A stretch of 64,000 nt of DNA from Eledone cirrhosa (GCA_964016885.1 OZ024741.1:221712001-221776000), one strand, 5' to 3'; shown: positions 15,001-28,192, numbered from the stretch's first letter. Program-made: numbers and translations. Notes: generated by a model not told the origin, from the letters alone.

Positions 15001-18000
15001 AGTCTGACCTGTAAAGTGGTCATGTTTCTGATATGACTGAAGACACCCAGTCTGACCTGTAAAGTGGTCATGTTTCTGATATGACTGAAGACACCCAGTC
15101 TGACCTGTAAAGTGGTCATGTTTCTGATATGACTGAAGACACCCAGCCTGACCTGTAAAGTGGCCATGTTCCTGATATGACTAAAGACACCCAGTCTGAC
15201 CTGTAAAGTGGTCATGTTTCTGATATGACTGAAGACACCCAGCCTGACCTGTAAAGTGGCCATGTTCCTGATATGGCTGAAGACACCCAGTCTGACCTGT
15301 AAAGTGGTCATGTTTCTGATATGACTGAAGACATCCAGCCTGACCTGTAAAGTGGTCATGTTCCTGATATGACTGAAGACATCCAGCCTGACCTGTAAAG
15401 TGGTCATGTTCCTGATATGACTGAAGACATCCAGCCTGACCTGTAAAGTGGTCATGTTCCTGATATGACTGAAGACATCCAGCCTGACCTGTAAAGTGGT
15501 CATGTTCCTGATATGACTGAAGACATCCAGCCTGACCTGTAAAGTGGTCATATTCCTGATATGACTGAAGACATCCAGCCTGACCTGTAAAGTGGTCATG
15601 TTCCTGATATGACTGAAGACATCCAGCCTGACCTGTAAAGTGGTCATGTTCCTGATATGACTGAAGACATCCAGCCTGACCTGTAAAGTGGTCATGTTCC
15701 TGATATGACTGAAGACACCCAGTCTGACCTGTAAAGTGGTCATGTTCCTGATATGACTGAAGACACCCAGCCTGACCTGTAAAGTGGCCATGTTCCTGAT
15801 ATGACTGAAGACACCCAGCCTGACCTGTAAAGTGGTCATGTTTCTCATATGACTGAAGACATCCAGTCTGACCTGTAAAGTGGCCATATTTCTGATATGA
15901 CTGAAGACACCCAGTCTGACCTGTAAAGTGGTCATGTTTCTGATATGACTGAAGACACCCAGTCTGACCTGTAAAGTGGTCATGTTTCTGATATGACTGA
16001 AGACACCCAGCCTGACCTGTAAAGTGGCCATGTTCCTGATTTGACTGAAGACACCCAGTCTGACCTGTAAAGTGGTCATGTTTCTGATATGACTGAAGAC
16101 ACCCAGCCTGACCTGTAAAGTGGCCATGTTCCTGATATGACTGAAGACACCCAGTCTGACCTGTAAAGTGGTCATGTTTCTGATATGACTGAAGACATCC
16201 AGCCTGACCTGTAAAGTGCTCATGTTCCTGATATGACTGAAGACATCCAGCCTGACCTGTAAAGTGGTCATGTTCCTGATATGACTGAAGACATCCAGCC
16301 TGACCTGTAAAGTGGTCATGTTCCTGATATGACTGAAGACACCCAGTCTGACCTGTAAAGTGGCCATGTTTCTGATATGACTGAAGACACCCAGTCTGAC
16401 CTGTAAAGTGGCCATGTTCCTGATATGACTGAAGACACCCAGTCTGACCTGTAAAGTGGTCATGTTCCTGATATGACTGAAGACACCCAGTCTGACCTGT
16501 AAAGTGGCCATGTTCCTGATATGACTGAAGACACCCAGTCTGACCTGTAAAGTGGTCATGTTTCTGATATGACTGAAGACACCCAGTCTGACCTGTAAAG
16601 TGGCCATGTTCCTGATATGTCTGAAGACACCCAGTCTGACCTGTAAATTGGTCATGTTCCTGATATGACTGAAGACACCCAGTCTGACCTGTAAAGTGGT
16701 CATGTTCCTGATATGACTGAAGACACCCAGTCTGACCTGTAAAGTGGCCATGTTCCTGATATGACTGAAGACACCCAGTCTGACCTGTAAAGTGGCCATG
16801 TTCCTGATATGACTGAAGACACCCAGTCTGACCTGTAAAGTGGCCATGTTTCTGATATGACTGAAGACACCCAGTCTGACCTGTAAAGTGGCCATGTTCC
16901 TGATATGACTGAAGACACCCAGTCTGACCTGTAAAGTGGCCATGTTCCTGATATGACTGAAGACACCCAGTCTGACCTGTAAAGTGGCCATGTTCTTGAT
17001 ATGACTGAAGACACCCAGTCTGACCTGTAAAGTGGCCATGTTTCTGATATGACTGAAGACACCCAGTCTGACCTGTAAAGTGGCCATGTTCCTGATATGA
17101 CTGAAGACACCCAGTCTGACCTGTAAAGTGGCCATGTTCCTGATATGACTGAAGACACCCAGTCTGACCTGTAAAGTGGTCATGTTCCTGATATGACTGA
17201 AGACACCCAGTCTGGCCTGTAAAGTGGCCATGTTCCTGATATGACTGAAGACACCCAGCCTGACCTGTAAAGTGGCCATGTTCCTGATATGACTGAAAAC
17301 ACCCAGTCTGACCTGTAAAGTGGTCATGTTCCTGATATGACTGAAGACACGCAGTCTGACCTGTAAAGTGGTCATGTTCCTGATATGACTGAAGACACCC
17401 AGTCTGACCTGTAAATTGGTCATGTTCCTGATATGACTGAAGACATCCAGTCTGGCCTGTAAAGTGGTCATGTTCCTGATATTACTGAAGACATCCAGTC
17501 TGGCCTGTAAAGTGGTCATGTTCCTGATATGACTGAAGACACCCAGCCTGACCTGTAAAGTGGCCATGTTCCTGATATGACTGAAGACATCCAGTCTGAC
17601 CTGTAAAGTGGTCATGTTCCTGATATGACTGAAGACACCCAGTCTGACCTGTAAAGTGGTCATGTTCCTGATATGACTGAAGACATCCAGTCTGGCCTGT
17701 AAAGTGGTCATGTTCCTGATATGACTGAAGACATCCAGTCTGGCCTGTAAAGTGGTCATGTTCCTGATATGACTGAAGACACCCAGCCTGACCTGTAAAG
17801 TGGCCATGTTCCTGATATGAATGAAGACACCCAGTCTGACCTGTAAAATGGCCATGTTCCTGATATGACTGAAGACACCCAGTCTGACCTGTAAAGTGGT
17901 CATGTTTCTGATATGACTGAAGACATCCAGCCTGACCTGTAAAGTGGTCATGTTTCTGATATGACTGAAGACATCCAGCCTGACCTGTAAAGTGGTCATG

Positions 18001-21000
18001 TTCCTGATATGACTGAAGACATCCAGCCTGACCTGTAAAGTGGTCATGTTCCTGATATGACTGAAGACATCCAGTCTGACCTGTAAAGTGGCCATGTTCC
18101 TGATATGACTGAAGACACCCAGCCTGACCTGTAAAGTGGCCATGTTCCTGATATGACTGAAGACACCCAGCCTGACCTGTAAAGTGGCCATGTTCCTGAT
18201 ATGACTGAAGACACCCAGCCTGACCTGTAAAGTGGCCATGTTCCTGATATGACTGAAGACATCCAGTCTGACCTGTAAAGTGGCCATATTTCTGATATGA
18301 CTGAAGACACCCAGTCTGACCTGTAAAGTGGTCATGTTTCTGATATGACTGAAGACACCCAGTCTGACCTGTAAAGTGGTCATGTTTCTGATATGACTGA
18401 AGACACCCAGCCTGACCTGTAAAGTGGCCATGTTCCTGATATGACTGAAGACACCCAGCCTGACCTGTAAAGTGGTCATGTTTCTCATATGACTGAAGAC
18501 ATCCAGTCTGACCTGTAAAGTGGCCATATTTCTGATATGACTGAAGACACCCAGTCTGACCTGTAAAGTGGTCATGTTTCTGATATGACTGAAGACACCC
18601 AGTCTGACCTGTAAAGTGGTCATGTTTCTGATATGACTGAAGACACCCAGCCTGACCTGTAAAGTGGCCATGTTCCTGATATGACTGAAGACACCCAGTC
18701 TGACCTGTAAAGTGGTCATGTTTCTGATATGACTGAAGACACCCAGCCTGACCTGTAAAGTGGCCATGTTCCTGATATGGCTGAAGACATCCAGCCTGAC
18801 CTGTAAAGTGGTCATGTTCCTGATATGACTGAAGACATCCAGCCTGACCTGTAAAGTGGTCATGTTCCTGATATGACTGAAGACATCCAGCCTGACCTGT
18901 AAAGTGGTCATGTTCCTGATATGACTGAAGACATCCAGCCTGACCTGTAAAGTGGTCATGTTCCTGATATGACTGAAGACACCCAGCCTGACCTGTAAAG
19001 TGGTCATGTTCCTGATATGACTGAAGACACCCAGCCTGACCTGTAAAGTGGCCATGTTCCTGATATGACTGAAGACACCCAGCCTGACCTGTAAAGTGGT
19101 CATGTTTCTCATATGACTGAAGACATCCAGTCTGACCTGTAAAGTGGCCATATTTCTGATATGACTGAAGACACCCAGTCTGACCTGTAAAGTGGCCATG
19201 TTTCTGATATGACTGAAGACATCCAGCCTGACCTGTAAAGTGGCCATGTTCCTGATATGACTGAAGACACCCAGTCTGACCTGTAAAGTGGTCATGTTCC
19301 TGATATGACTGAAGACACCCAGCCTGACCTGTAAAGTGGTCATGTTCCTGATATGACTGAAGACACCCAGCCTGACCTGTAAAGTGGCCATGTTCCTGAT
19401 ATGACTGAAGACACCCAGCCTGACCTGTAAAGTGGTCATGTTTCTCATATGACTGAAGACATCCAGTCTGACCTGTAAAGTGGCCATATTTCTGATATGA
19501 CTGAAGACACCCAGTCTGACCTGTAAAGTGGCCATGTTTCTGATATGACTGAAGACATCCAGCCTGACCTGTAAAGTGGCCATGTTCCTGATATGACTGA
19601 AGACACCCAGTCTGACCTGTAAAGTGGTCATGTTCCTGATATGACTGAAGACATCCAGCCTGACCTGTAAAGTGGCCATGTTCCTGATATGACTGAAGAC
19701 ACCCAGTCTGACCTGTAAAGTGGTCATGTTCCTGATATGACTGAAGACACCCAGTCTGACCTGTAAAGTGGTCATGTTTCTGATATGACTGAAGACATCC
19801 AGCCTGACCTGTAAAGTGGTCATGTTTCTGATATGACTGAAGACACCCAGTCTGACCTGTAAAGTGGTCATGTTTCTGATATGACTGAAGACACCCAGTC
19901 TGACCTGTAAAGTGGTCATGTTTCTGATATGACTGAAGACACCCAGTCTGACCTGTAAAGTGGTCATGTTTCTGATATGAATGAAGACACCCAGTCTGAC
20001 CTGTAAAGTGGTCATGTTTCTGATATGACTGAAGACATCCAGCCTGACCTGTAAAGTGGTCATGTTCCTGATATGACTGAAGACATCCAGCCTGACCTGT
20101 AAAGTGGCCATGTTCCTGATATGACTGAAGACACCCAGCCTGACCTGTAAAGTGGCCATGTTTCTCATATGACTGAAGACATCCAGTCTGACCTGTAAAG
20201 TGGCCATATTTCTGATATGACTGAAGACACCCAGTCTGACCTGTAAAGTGGTCATGTTTCTGATATGACTGAAGACACCCAGTCTGACCTGTAAAGTGGC
20301 CATGTTCCTGATATGACTGAAGACACCCAGCCTGACCTGTAAAGTGGTCATGTTTCTCATATGACTGAAGACATCCAGTCTGACCTGTAAAGTGGCCATA
20401 TTTCTGATATGACTGAAGACACCCAGTCTGACCTGTAAAGTGGTCATGTTTCTGATATGACTGAAGACACCCAGTCTGACCTGTAAAGTGGTCATGTTTC
20501 TGATATGACTGAAGACACCCAGTCTGACCTGTAAAGTGGTCATGTTTCTGATATGACTGAAGACACCCAGTCTGACCTGTAAAGTGGTCATGTTTCTGAT
20601 ATGACTGAAGACACCCAGCCTGACCTGTAAAGTGGCCATGTTCCTGATATGACTGAAGACACCCAGTCTGACCTGTAAAGTGGTCATGTTTCTGATATGA
20701 CTGAAGACACCCAGCCTGACCTGTAAAGTGGCCATGTTCCTGATATGGCTGAAGACACCCAGTCTGACCTGTAAAGTGGTCATGTTTCTGATATGACTGA
20801 AGACATCCAGCCTGACCTGTAAAGTGGTCATGTTCCTGATATGACTGAAGACATCCAGCCTGACCTGTAAAGTGGTCATGTTCCTGATATGACTGAAGAC
20901 ATCCAGCCTGACCTGTAAAGTGGTCATGTTCCTGATATGACTGAAGACATCCAGCCTGACCTGTAAAGTGGTCATGTTCCTGATATGACTGAAGACATCC

Positions 21001-24000
21001 AGCCTGACCTGTAAAGTGGTCATGTTCCTGATATGACTGAAGACATCCAGCCTGACCTGTAAAGTGGTCATGTTCCTGATATGACTGAAGACATCCAGCC
21101 TGACCTGTAAAGTGGTCATGTTCCTGATATGACTGAAGACATCCAGCCTGACCTGTAAAGTGGTCATGTTCCTGATATGACTGAAGACACCCAGTCTGAC
21201 CTGTAAAGTGGTCATGTTCCTGATATGACTGAAGACACCCAGCCTGACCTGTAAAGTGGCCATGTTCCTGATATGACTGAAGACACCCAGCCTGACCTGT
21301 AAAGTGGTCATGTTTCTCATATGACTGAAGACATCCAGTCTGACCTGTAAAGTGGCCATATTTCTGATATGACTGAAGACACCCAGTCTGACCTGTAAAG
21401 TGGTCATGTTTCTGATATGACTGAAGACACCCAGTCTGACCTGTAAAGTGGTCATGTTCCTGATTTGACTGAAGACACCCAGTCTGACCTGTAAAGTGGT
21501 CATGTTTCTGATATGACTGAAGACACCCAGCCTGACCTGTAAAGTGGCCATGTTCCTGATATGACTGAAGACACCCAGTCTGACCTGTAAAGTGGTCATG
21601 TTTCTGATATGACTGAAGACATCCAGCCTGACCTGTAAAGTGCTCATGTTCCTGATATGACTGAAGCCATCCAGCCTGACCTGTAAAGTGGTCATGTTCC
21701 TGATATGACTGAAGACATCCAGCCTGACCTGTAAAGTGGTCATGTTCCTGATATGACTGAAGACACCCAGTCTGACCTGTAAAGTGGCCATGTTTCTGAT
21801 ATGACTGAAGACACCCAGTCTGACCTGTAAAGTGGCCATGTTCCTGATATGACTGAAGACACCCAGTCTGACCTGTAAAGTGGTCATGTTCCTGATATGA
21901 CTGAAGACACCCAGTCTGACCTGTAAAGTGGCCATGTTCCTGATATGACTGAAGACACCCAGTCTGACCTGTAAAGTGGCCATGTTTCTGATATGACTGA
22001 AGACACCCAGTCTGACCTGTAAAGTGGCCATGTTCCTGATATGACTGAAGACACCCAGTCTGACCTGTAAAGTGGCCATGTTCCTGATATGACTGAAGAC
22101 ACCCAGTCTGACCTGTAAAGTGGTCATGTTCCTGATATGACTGAAGACACCCAGTCTGGCCTGTAAAGTGGCCATGTTCCTGATATGACTGAAGACACCC
22201 AGCCTGACCTGTAAAGTGGCCATGTTCCTGATATGACTGAAAACACCCAGTCTGACCTGTAAAGTGGTCATGTTCCTGATATGACTGAAGACACCCAGTC
22301 TGACCTGTAAATTGGTCATGTTCCTGATATGACTGAAGACATCCAGTCTGGCCTGTAAAGTGGCCATGTTCCTGATATGACTGAAGACACCCAGCCTGAC
22401 CTGTAAAGTGGTCATGTTCCTGATATGACTGAAGACACCCAGCCTGACCTGTAAAGTGGTCATGTTCCTGATATGACTGAAGACACCCAGTCTGACCTGT
22501 AAAGTGGCCATGTTCCTGATATGACTGAAGACATCCAGCCTGACCTGTAAAGTGGCCATGTTCCTGATATGACTGAAGACACCCAGTCTGACCTGTAAAG
22601 TGGCCATGTTCCTGATATGACTGAAGACATCCAGCCTGACCTGTAAAGTGGCCATGTTCCTGATATGACTGAAGACACCCAGTCTGACCTGTAAAGTGGC
22701 CATGTTCCTGATATGACTGAAGACATCCAGCCTGACCTGTAAAGTGGCCATGTTCCTGATATGACTGAAGACACCCAGTCTGACCTGTAAAGTGGCCATG
22801 TTCCTGATATGACTGAAGACATCCAGCCTGACCTGTAAAGTGGCCATGTTCCTGATATGACTGAAGACACCCAGTCTGACCTGTAAAGTGGCCATGTTCC
22901 TGATATGACTGAAGACACCCAGTCTGACCTGTAAAGTGGTCATGTTCCTGATATGACTGAAGACACCCAGTCTGACCTGTAAAGTGGCCATGTTCCTGAT
23001 ATGACTGAAGACACCCAGTCTGACCTGTAAAGTGGTCATGTTTCTGATATGACTGAAGACACCCAGTCTGACCTGTAAAGTGGTCATGTTTCTGATATGA
23101 CTGAAGACACCCAGTCTGACCTGTAAAGTGGTCATGTTCCTGATATGACTGAAGACACCCAGTCTGACCTGTAAAGTGGTCATGTTCCTGATATGACTGA
23201 AGACACCCAGTCTGACCTGTAAAGTGGTCATGTTCCTGATATGACTGAAGACACCCAGTCTGACCTGTAAAGTGGCCATGTTTCTGATATGACTGAAGAC
23301 ACCCAGCCTGACCTGTAAAGTGGTCATGTTCGTGATATGACTGAAGACACCCAGCCTGACCTGTAAAGTGGTCATGTTCCTGATATGACTGAAGACACCC
23401 AGTCTGAACTGTAAAGTGTCAGGTTCCTGATATGACTGAAGACACCCAGTCTGACCTTTAAAGTGTCATGTTCCTGATATGACTGAAGACATCCAGTCTG
23501 ACCTGTAAAGTGGTCATGTTCCTGATATGACTGAAGACACCCAGTCTGACCTGTAAAGTGGTCATGTTCCTGATATGACTGAAGACACCCAGCCTGACCT
23601 GTAAAGTGGCCATGTTTCTGATATGACTGAAGACATCCAGTCTGACCTGTAAAGTGGCCATGTTCCTGATATGACTGAAGACACCCAGCCTGACCTGTAA
23701 AGTGGCCATGTTCCTGATATGACTGAAGACACCCAGTCTGACCTGTAAAGTGGCCATGTTCCTGATATGACTGAAGACATCCAGTCTGACCTGTAAAGTG
23801 GTCATGTTCCTGATATGACTGAAGACACCCAGCCTGACCTGTAAAGTGGTCATGTTCCTGATATGACTGAAGACACCCAGTCTGACCTGTAAAGTGGTCA
23901 TGTTCCTGATATGACTGAAGACACCCAGTCTGACCTGTAAAGTGGCCATGTTCCTGATATGACTGAAGACACCCAGTCTGACCTGTAAAGTGGTCATGTT

Positions 24001-24994
24001 TCTGATATGACTGAAGACACCCAGTCTGACCTGTAAAGTGGTCATGTTCCTGATATGACTGAAGACACCCAGTCTGACCTGTAAAGTGGCCATGTTCCTG
24101 ATATGACTGAAGACACCCAGCCTGACCTGTAAAGTGGTCATGTTCCTGATATGACTGAAGACACCCAGTCTGACCTGTAAAGTGGTCATGTTCCTGATAT
24201 GACTGAAGACACCCAGTCTGACCTGTAAAGTGGCCATGTTTCTGATATGACTGAAGACACCCAGCCTGACCTGTAAAGTGGCCATGTTTCTGATATGACT
24301 GAAGACACCCAGTCTGACCTGTAAAGTGGCCATGTTCCTGATATGACTGAAGACACCCAGTCTGACCTGTAAAGTGGCCATGTTCCTGATATGACTGAAG
24401 ACATCCAGTCTGACCTGTAAAGTGGTCATGTTCCTGATATGACTGAAGACACCCAGCCTGACCTGTAAAGTGGTCATGTTCCTGATATGACTGAAGACAC
24501 CCAGTCTGACCTGTAAAGTGGCCATGTTCCTGATATGACTGAAGACACCCAGCCTGACCTGTAAAGTGGTCATGTTCCTGATATGACTGAAGACACCCAG
24601 TCTGACCTGTAAAGTGGTCATGTTCCTGATATGACTGAAGACACCCAGTCTGACCTGTAAAGTGGCCATGTTTCTGATATGACTGAAGACACCCAGTCTG
24701 ACCTGTAAAGTGGTCATGTTCCTGATATGACTGAAGACATCCAGTCTGACCTGTAAAGTGGTCATGTTCCTGATATGACTGAAGACACCCAGCCTGACCT
24801 GTAAAGTGGTCATGTTCCTGATATGACTGAAGACACCCAGTCTGACCTGTAAAGTGGTCATGTTCCTGATATGACTGAAGACACCCAGTCTGACCTGTAA
24901 AGTGGTCATGTTCCTGATATGACTGAAGACATCCAGCCTGACCTGTAAAGTGGCCATGTTCCTGATATGACTGAAGACATCCAGTCTGACCTGT
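1..24994. repeat. 48-bp tandem satellite/minisatellite array (~520 units, open at window start), consensus TTYCTGATATGACTGAAGACAYCCAGYCTGACCTGTAAAGTGGYCATG
   Basis: Exact 48-bp periodicity read directly. Four common C/T sites at unit positions 3, 22, 27 and 44. Only two 1-bp deletions seen (~23417, ~23465). Ends at ...GACCTGT 24994, followed by ~2 degenerate units to ~25076. Confidence 0.99.
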
Positions 24995-25139
24995 GAAGGG
25001 GTTGTGCTAGCGACCCGACAATAAAAGCCTGGTCCACCCTGTAAAATGTTCATTCTAGTGCCATGAAGAAACACACATTTAAGATAGATTTTTTTTTTTA
25101 CCTTTCACAAAACACGCTTTTCATATTTCAATATTTTTT

Positions 25140-25398
25140 CAATAAAAAATTAGTATACACAGCAAACCCCCAATTTTGATATCAAAGTTAGTTTGACGCA
25201 AATAATTGGAATTGAAATGGTATACATACAGGTAATAAATGCAACTATTCTAACCATCCTAAACCTAAAAAGCCTAGCTGGGGACACAAATAAATTGCTA
25301 TGTGTATATGTGTCGTTTGTTTTCAATCAATTTTGATATTTTATCGATCTCTTTAAAGAAAAAATAAACTCTGTTGTGTGTTGGGGGGAGCACACACA

Positions 25399-25457
<59 letters not shown>

Positions 25458-26089
25458 GTATATAAATACGAACTTATATAAATATGACATAAAACCTATT
25501 ACAAATAACATTGAATTCCCCTTAAACCACACAGTTCTGTAAAATGCCGCGAACACCAGTGAAATTTTTTTTTTTTCTGGGATCTTAGACAATACTAGTA
25601 GTAGCAACGAAATGTCCCTCAAATACATTTAATGTGTCAGGAAATGATACAATCACGTAAGAAACACACATTTCATTATATATTCTAGTCTTGTTCAAAT
25701 CTACTTTAAATTTAAAAACTAAATTCCAGAACTGTAATCTACACACTTTAATACGTATCTCTATAAAATTTCATTCAAAAATATGAATTATTAAGAAAGT
25801 TATTAATAGTGTCACTAAATTAGAAAACTCGGGTAAATATTATGGTCAAAGGGAGGTAATTATAAAACTTTCGTCCCTGCTTGTGGGACAACTACGTGCA
25901 ATAACAATGCTAGAAATGACAGCCAAATATTAAAGTGTATATAAAAGGAAATGCTAGACACAACAGCCAAATTTTTTATTATAATTTAGAATGATAGAAA
26001 TAGAACCCAAATCTAGGTTTTTATTTTTATTTTCATGATGGACAAAGAACAATATTTTAATATATTTTCAAGCAAACGATATATATACA

Positions 26090-26139
<50 letters not shown>

Positions 26140-27308
26140 TAGGAGGTGACAAAACAGACATACGAAAGTTATATTAGTTTCATGCTTTATATGGAAGAGG
26201 AAAAGTTTTGACATTGTATGAGCAATACATGGCCAGCTTATCTAAACGGCACTCTATTGAGAGTAGCTCTAACGATTAAATGTTGGGACATACGTACACA
26301 CATCTGTATACTGTATATACATATACACACACATTTATACAAAAAAACATACACACCCAGAGTTCGATTTGGACTATTGCAGGCCTATGGCACTTCAGAT
26401 TTGGGTGGCCCCTAACAAAAAATTAGTATACATAGAAAAGCCCCTAAATTTACATATCAAAGTTAACCTGACGCATGTAACTGAAATTGAAATGTTATAC
26501 ATACAGTTATTAAATTCAAATATTCTAAGCATCCTAAAACCTAAAAAGCCTAGTTGAGGGCACAAATAAATTGCTATGTGTATATGTGTGTTTATGTCTT
26601 CACCAGAAAATGTCGTTTGTTTTCAATCAATTTTGATAACTTGATAGCGGCTTATTTTATCGATCTCTTTAAAGAAAAAATAAACTCTATGTTATGGGGG
26701 GGAAGCACACAAACGCGTGCGCGCGCGACCGCACACACATAAATACGAACTTATATAAATATGACAAAAACCTATTATGAATAACATCGAATTTCCCTTA
26801 AACCACACAGTTTTGTAAAATGCTGCGAACACCAGTGAAATACATTTTTCTGGTGTCTTAGACAATGCTAGTAGTAACAACGAAATGTCCCTCAAACCTT
26901 AGATACATTTCATGGGTCAGGAAATGATACAATTACATAAGAAATATACAGTTAATCATATATTCTAGTCTTGTTCAATAAAAAATATGAATTATTAAGA
27001 AAGTTATGAATAAAATTAATTAATGGTGTCACGACTTGAAAAACCTCAGGTAAATATTACTGTCAAAGGGAGGTAATTATAAAACTTTCGCCGCTGCTTG
27101 GGGACATCTACAATGCTAGAAATGACAGCCAGATATTAAAGTGTATATAAAATAAAATGCCAGGTACAACAGCCAAATTTCCTTCATATACTACATCTTA
27201 TTACAATTTAGAATGATAGAAATAGAACCCAAAACTAGCTTTTTTTTTATTTTAATGATGGACAAAGAACAATATTTTAATATATTTCCAAAGAAACGAT
27301 ATATATAT
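25140..27308. repeat. Diverged direct duplication of a ~0.9-kb AT-rich segment (~25140-26095 and ~26415-27308)
   Basis: Collinear matches such as tagtatacac/atagc..aaagtta, aaatacgaacttatataaatatgac, caaagggaggtaattataaaactttcg and gatggacaaagaacaatattttaatatatt in both copies. Paralogous spurious ORFs at 25353 and 26692. Confidence 0.9.
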
Positions 27309-27436
27309 CAAATAAATGTAATCTGAGTTTTTCGAATATTAATAATAACATTCCATTCGTTTGCAATTATGCAAACAAGCCTCGATTTTATAGCCATATC
27401 AGTAGAATGAACCCTTCATTCTTGCTCTTTTTATAT

Positions 27437-28129
27437 ATATAATATATAAGAACAAAAGATGGTTAAAAGAGTTCCATGTATTTTATTATGCGCATTTCAA
27501 AAACAAATATCATCATGCAATAATATTTGTGTTTTCATCAGATAAAACAGGAAGACATGATATGAAGGTTAAAAAGCACTTGTGGATAGTGCAGTTTTAA
27601 ATCAACATATGAAAAGTAGTTTCAGATTGATGTGTGATATTGGGAAAAATATTTTATTTTGAGGGGGGGGGGTGAAAAAGAGGAGGAGATGAGAGTAAAA
27701 AGTGGAGAGGGAGGAGTATAATGAGGAAGGATGAGATAGGAGGAGAGATGGGTGATAGAGAGAGAGAGGTAGCTTTTATAACTGAGAAAGATATATTGTT
27801 TTACATAGAGAGGTTGAAAACTGTTGGAAGATAATGTATAAATTAAAAGAATTTGAAAATTAACGAAGAGAAAAATAATGTAAAGTTACGGTTTGTATAT
27901 TGAGGGGTTTAATAATATGTGCGATGAAAAGAAAATGTTAATATGTATTAAGAATAATATTTAAGGGTTTAATAACATGTGCGATGGAAAAGAAAAAGTT
28001 AATATGTATTAAGAATGATATTATGTTCTTATATATTATATATTATGTATACTCCAGTCCTACAAACTGTAGAGTGCTTCTTATCCGATATCTGCAATGC
28101 TTTATTGTACTACAATAAAACTCACCTCC

Positions 28130-28132
<3 letters not shown>
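27437..28132 (-). mobile_element. Solo, rearranged Penelope-like terminal repeat (pLTR), same family as 42241-45552
   Basis: 27437-28010 aligns with 42330-42890. 28050-28132 is the reverse complement of 42241-42325. Bounded by TA-rich/(TA)n tracts. Confidence 0.85.
27481..27547 (-). ncRNA. Minimal type I hammerhead ribozyme motif (copy in solo pLTR)
   Basis: Minus strand reads ttttat-CTGATGA-aaacacaaatattattgcatgatgatatttgttttt-GAAA-tgcgca-TA-ataaaa. Confidence 0.75.

Positions 28133-28192
<60 letters not shown>

Noticed and set aside
7713-23375. 5220-aa ORF (and the 1220-, 980-, 539- and 538-aa ORFs) as real genes
   Set aside because: Pure translation of a 48-bp stop-free unit. No unique domains, and nonsense variants are tolerated and duplicated.
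1-24994. Satellite unit as a hammerhead ribozyme (contains CTGAAGA and an atatgac/gtcatgt stem, reminiscent of newt/schistosome satellites)
   Set aside because: No GAAA (TAAA instead), stem II does not close next to the core, and there is no stem III/UH geometry. It is only an interrupted hairpin.
1-24994. CRISPR-like array
   Set aside because: No unique spacers, eukaryotic context, no cas genes.
1-24994. The four A/G (minus-strand) polymorphisms as fossil A-to-I editing
   Set aside because: All four have a 5' G neighbour, the context ADARs disfavour. Ordinary transitions suffice.
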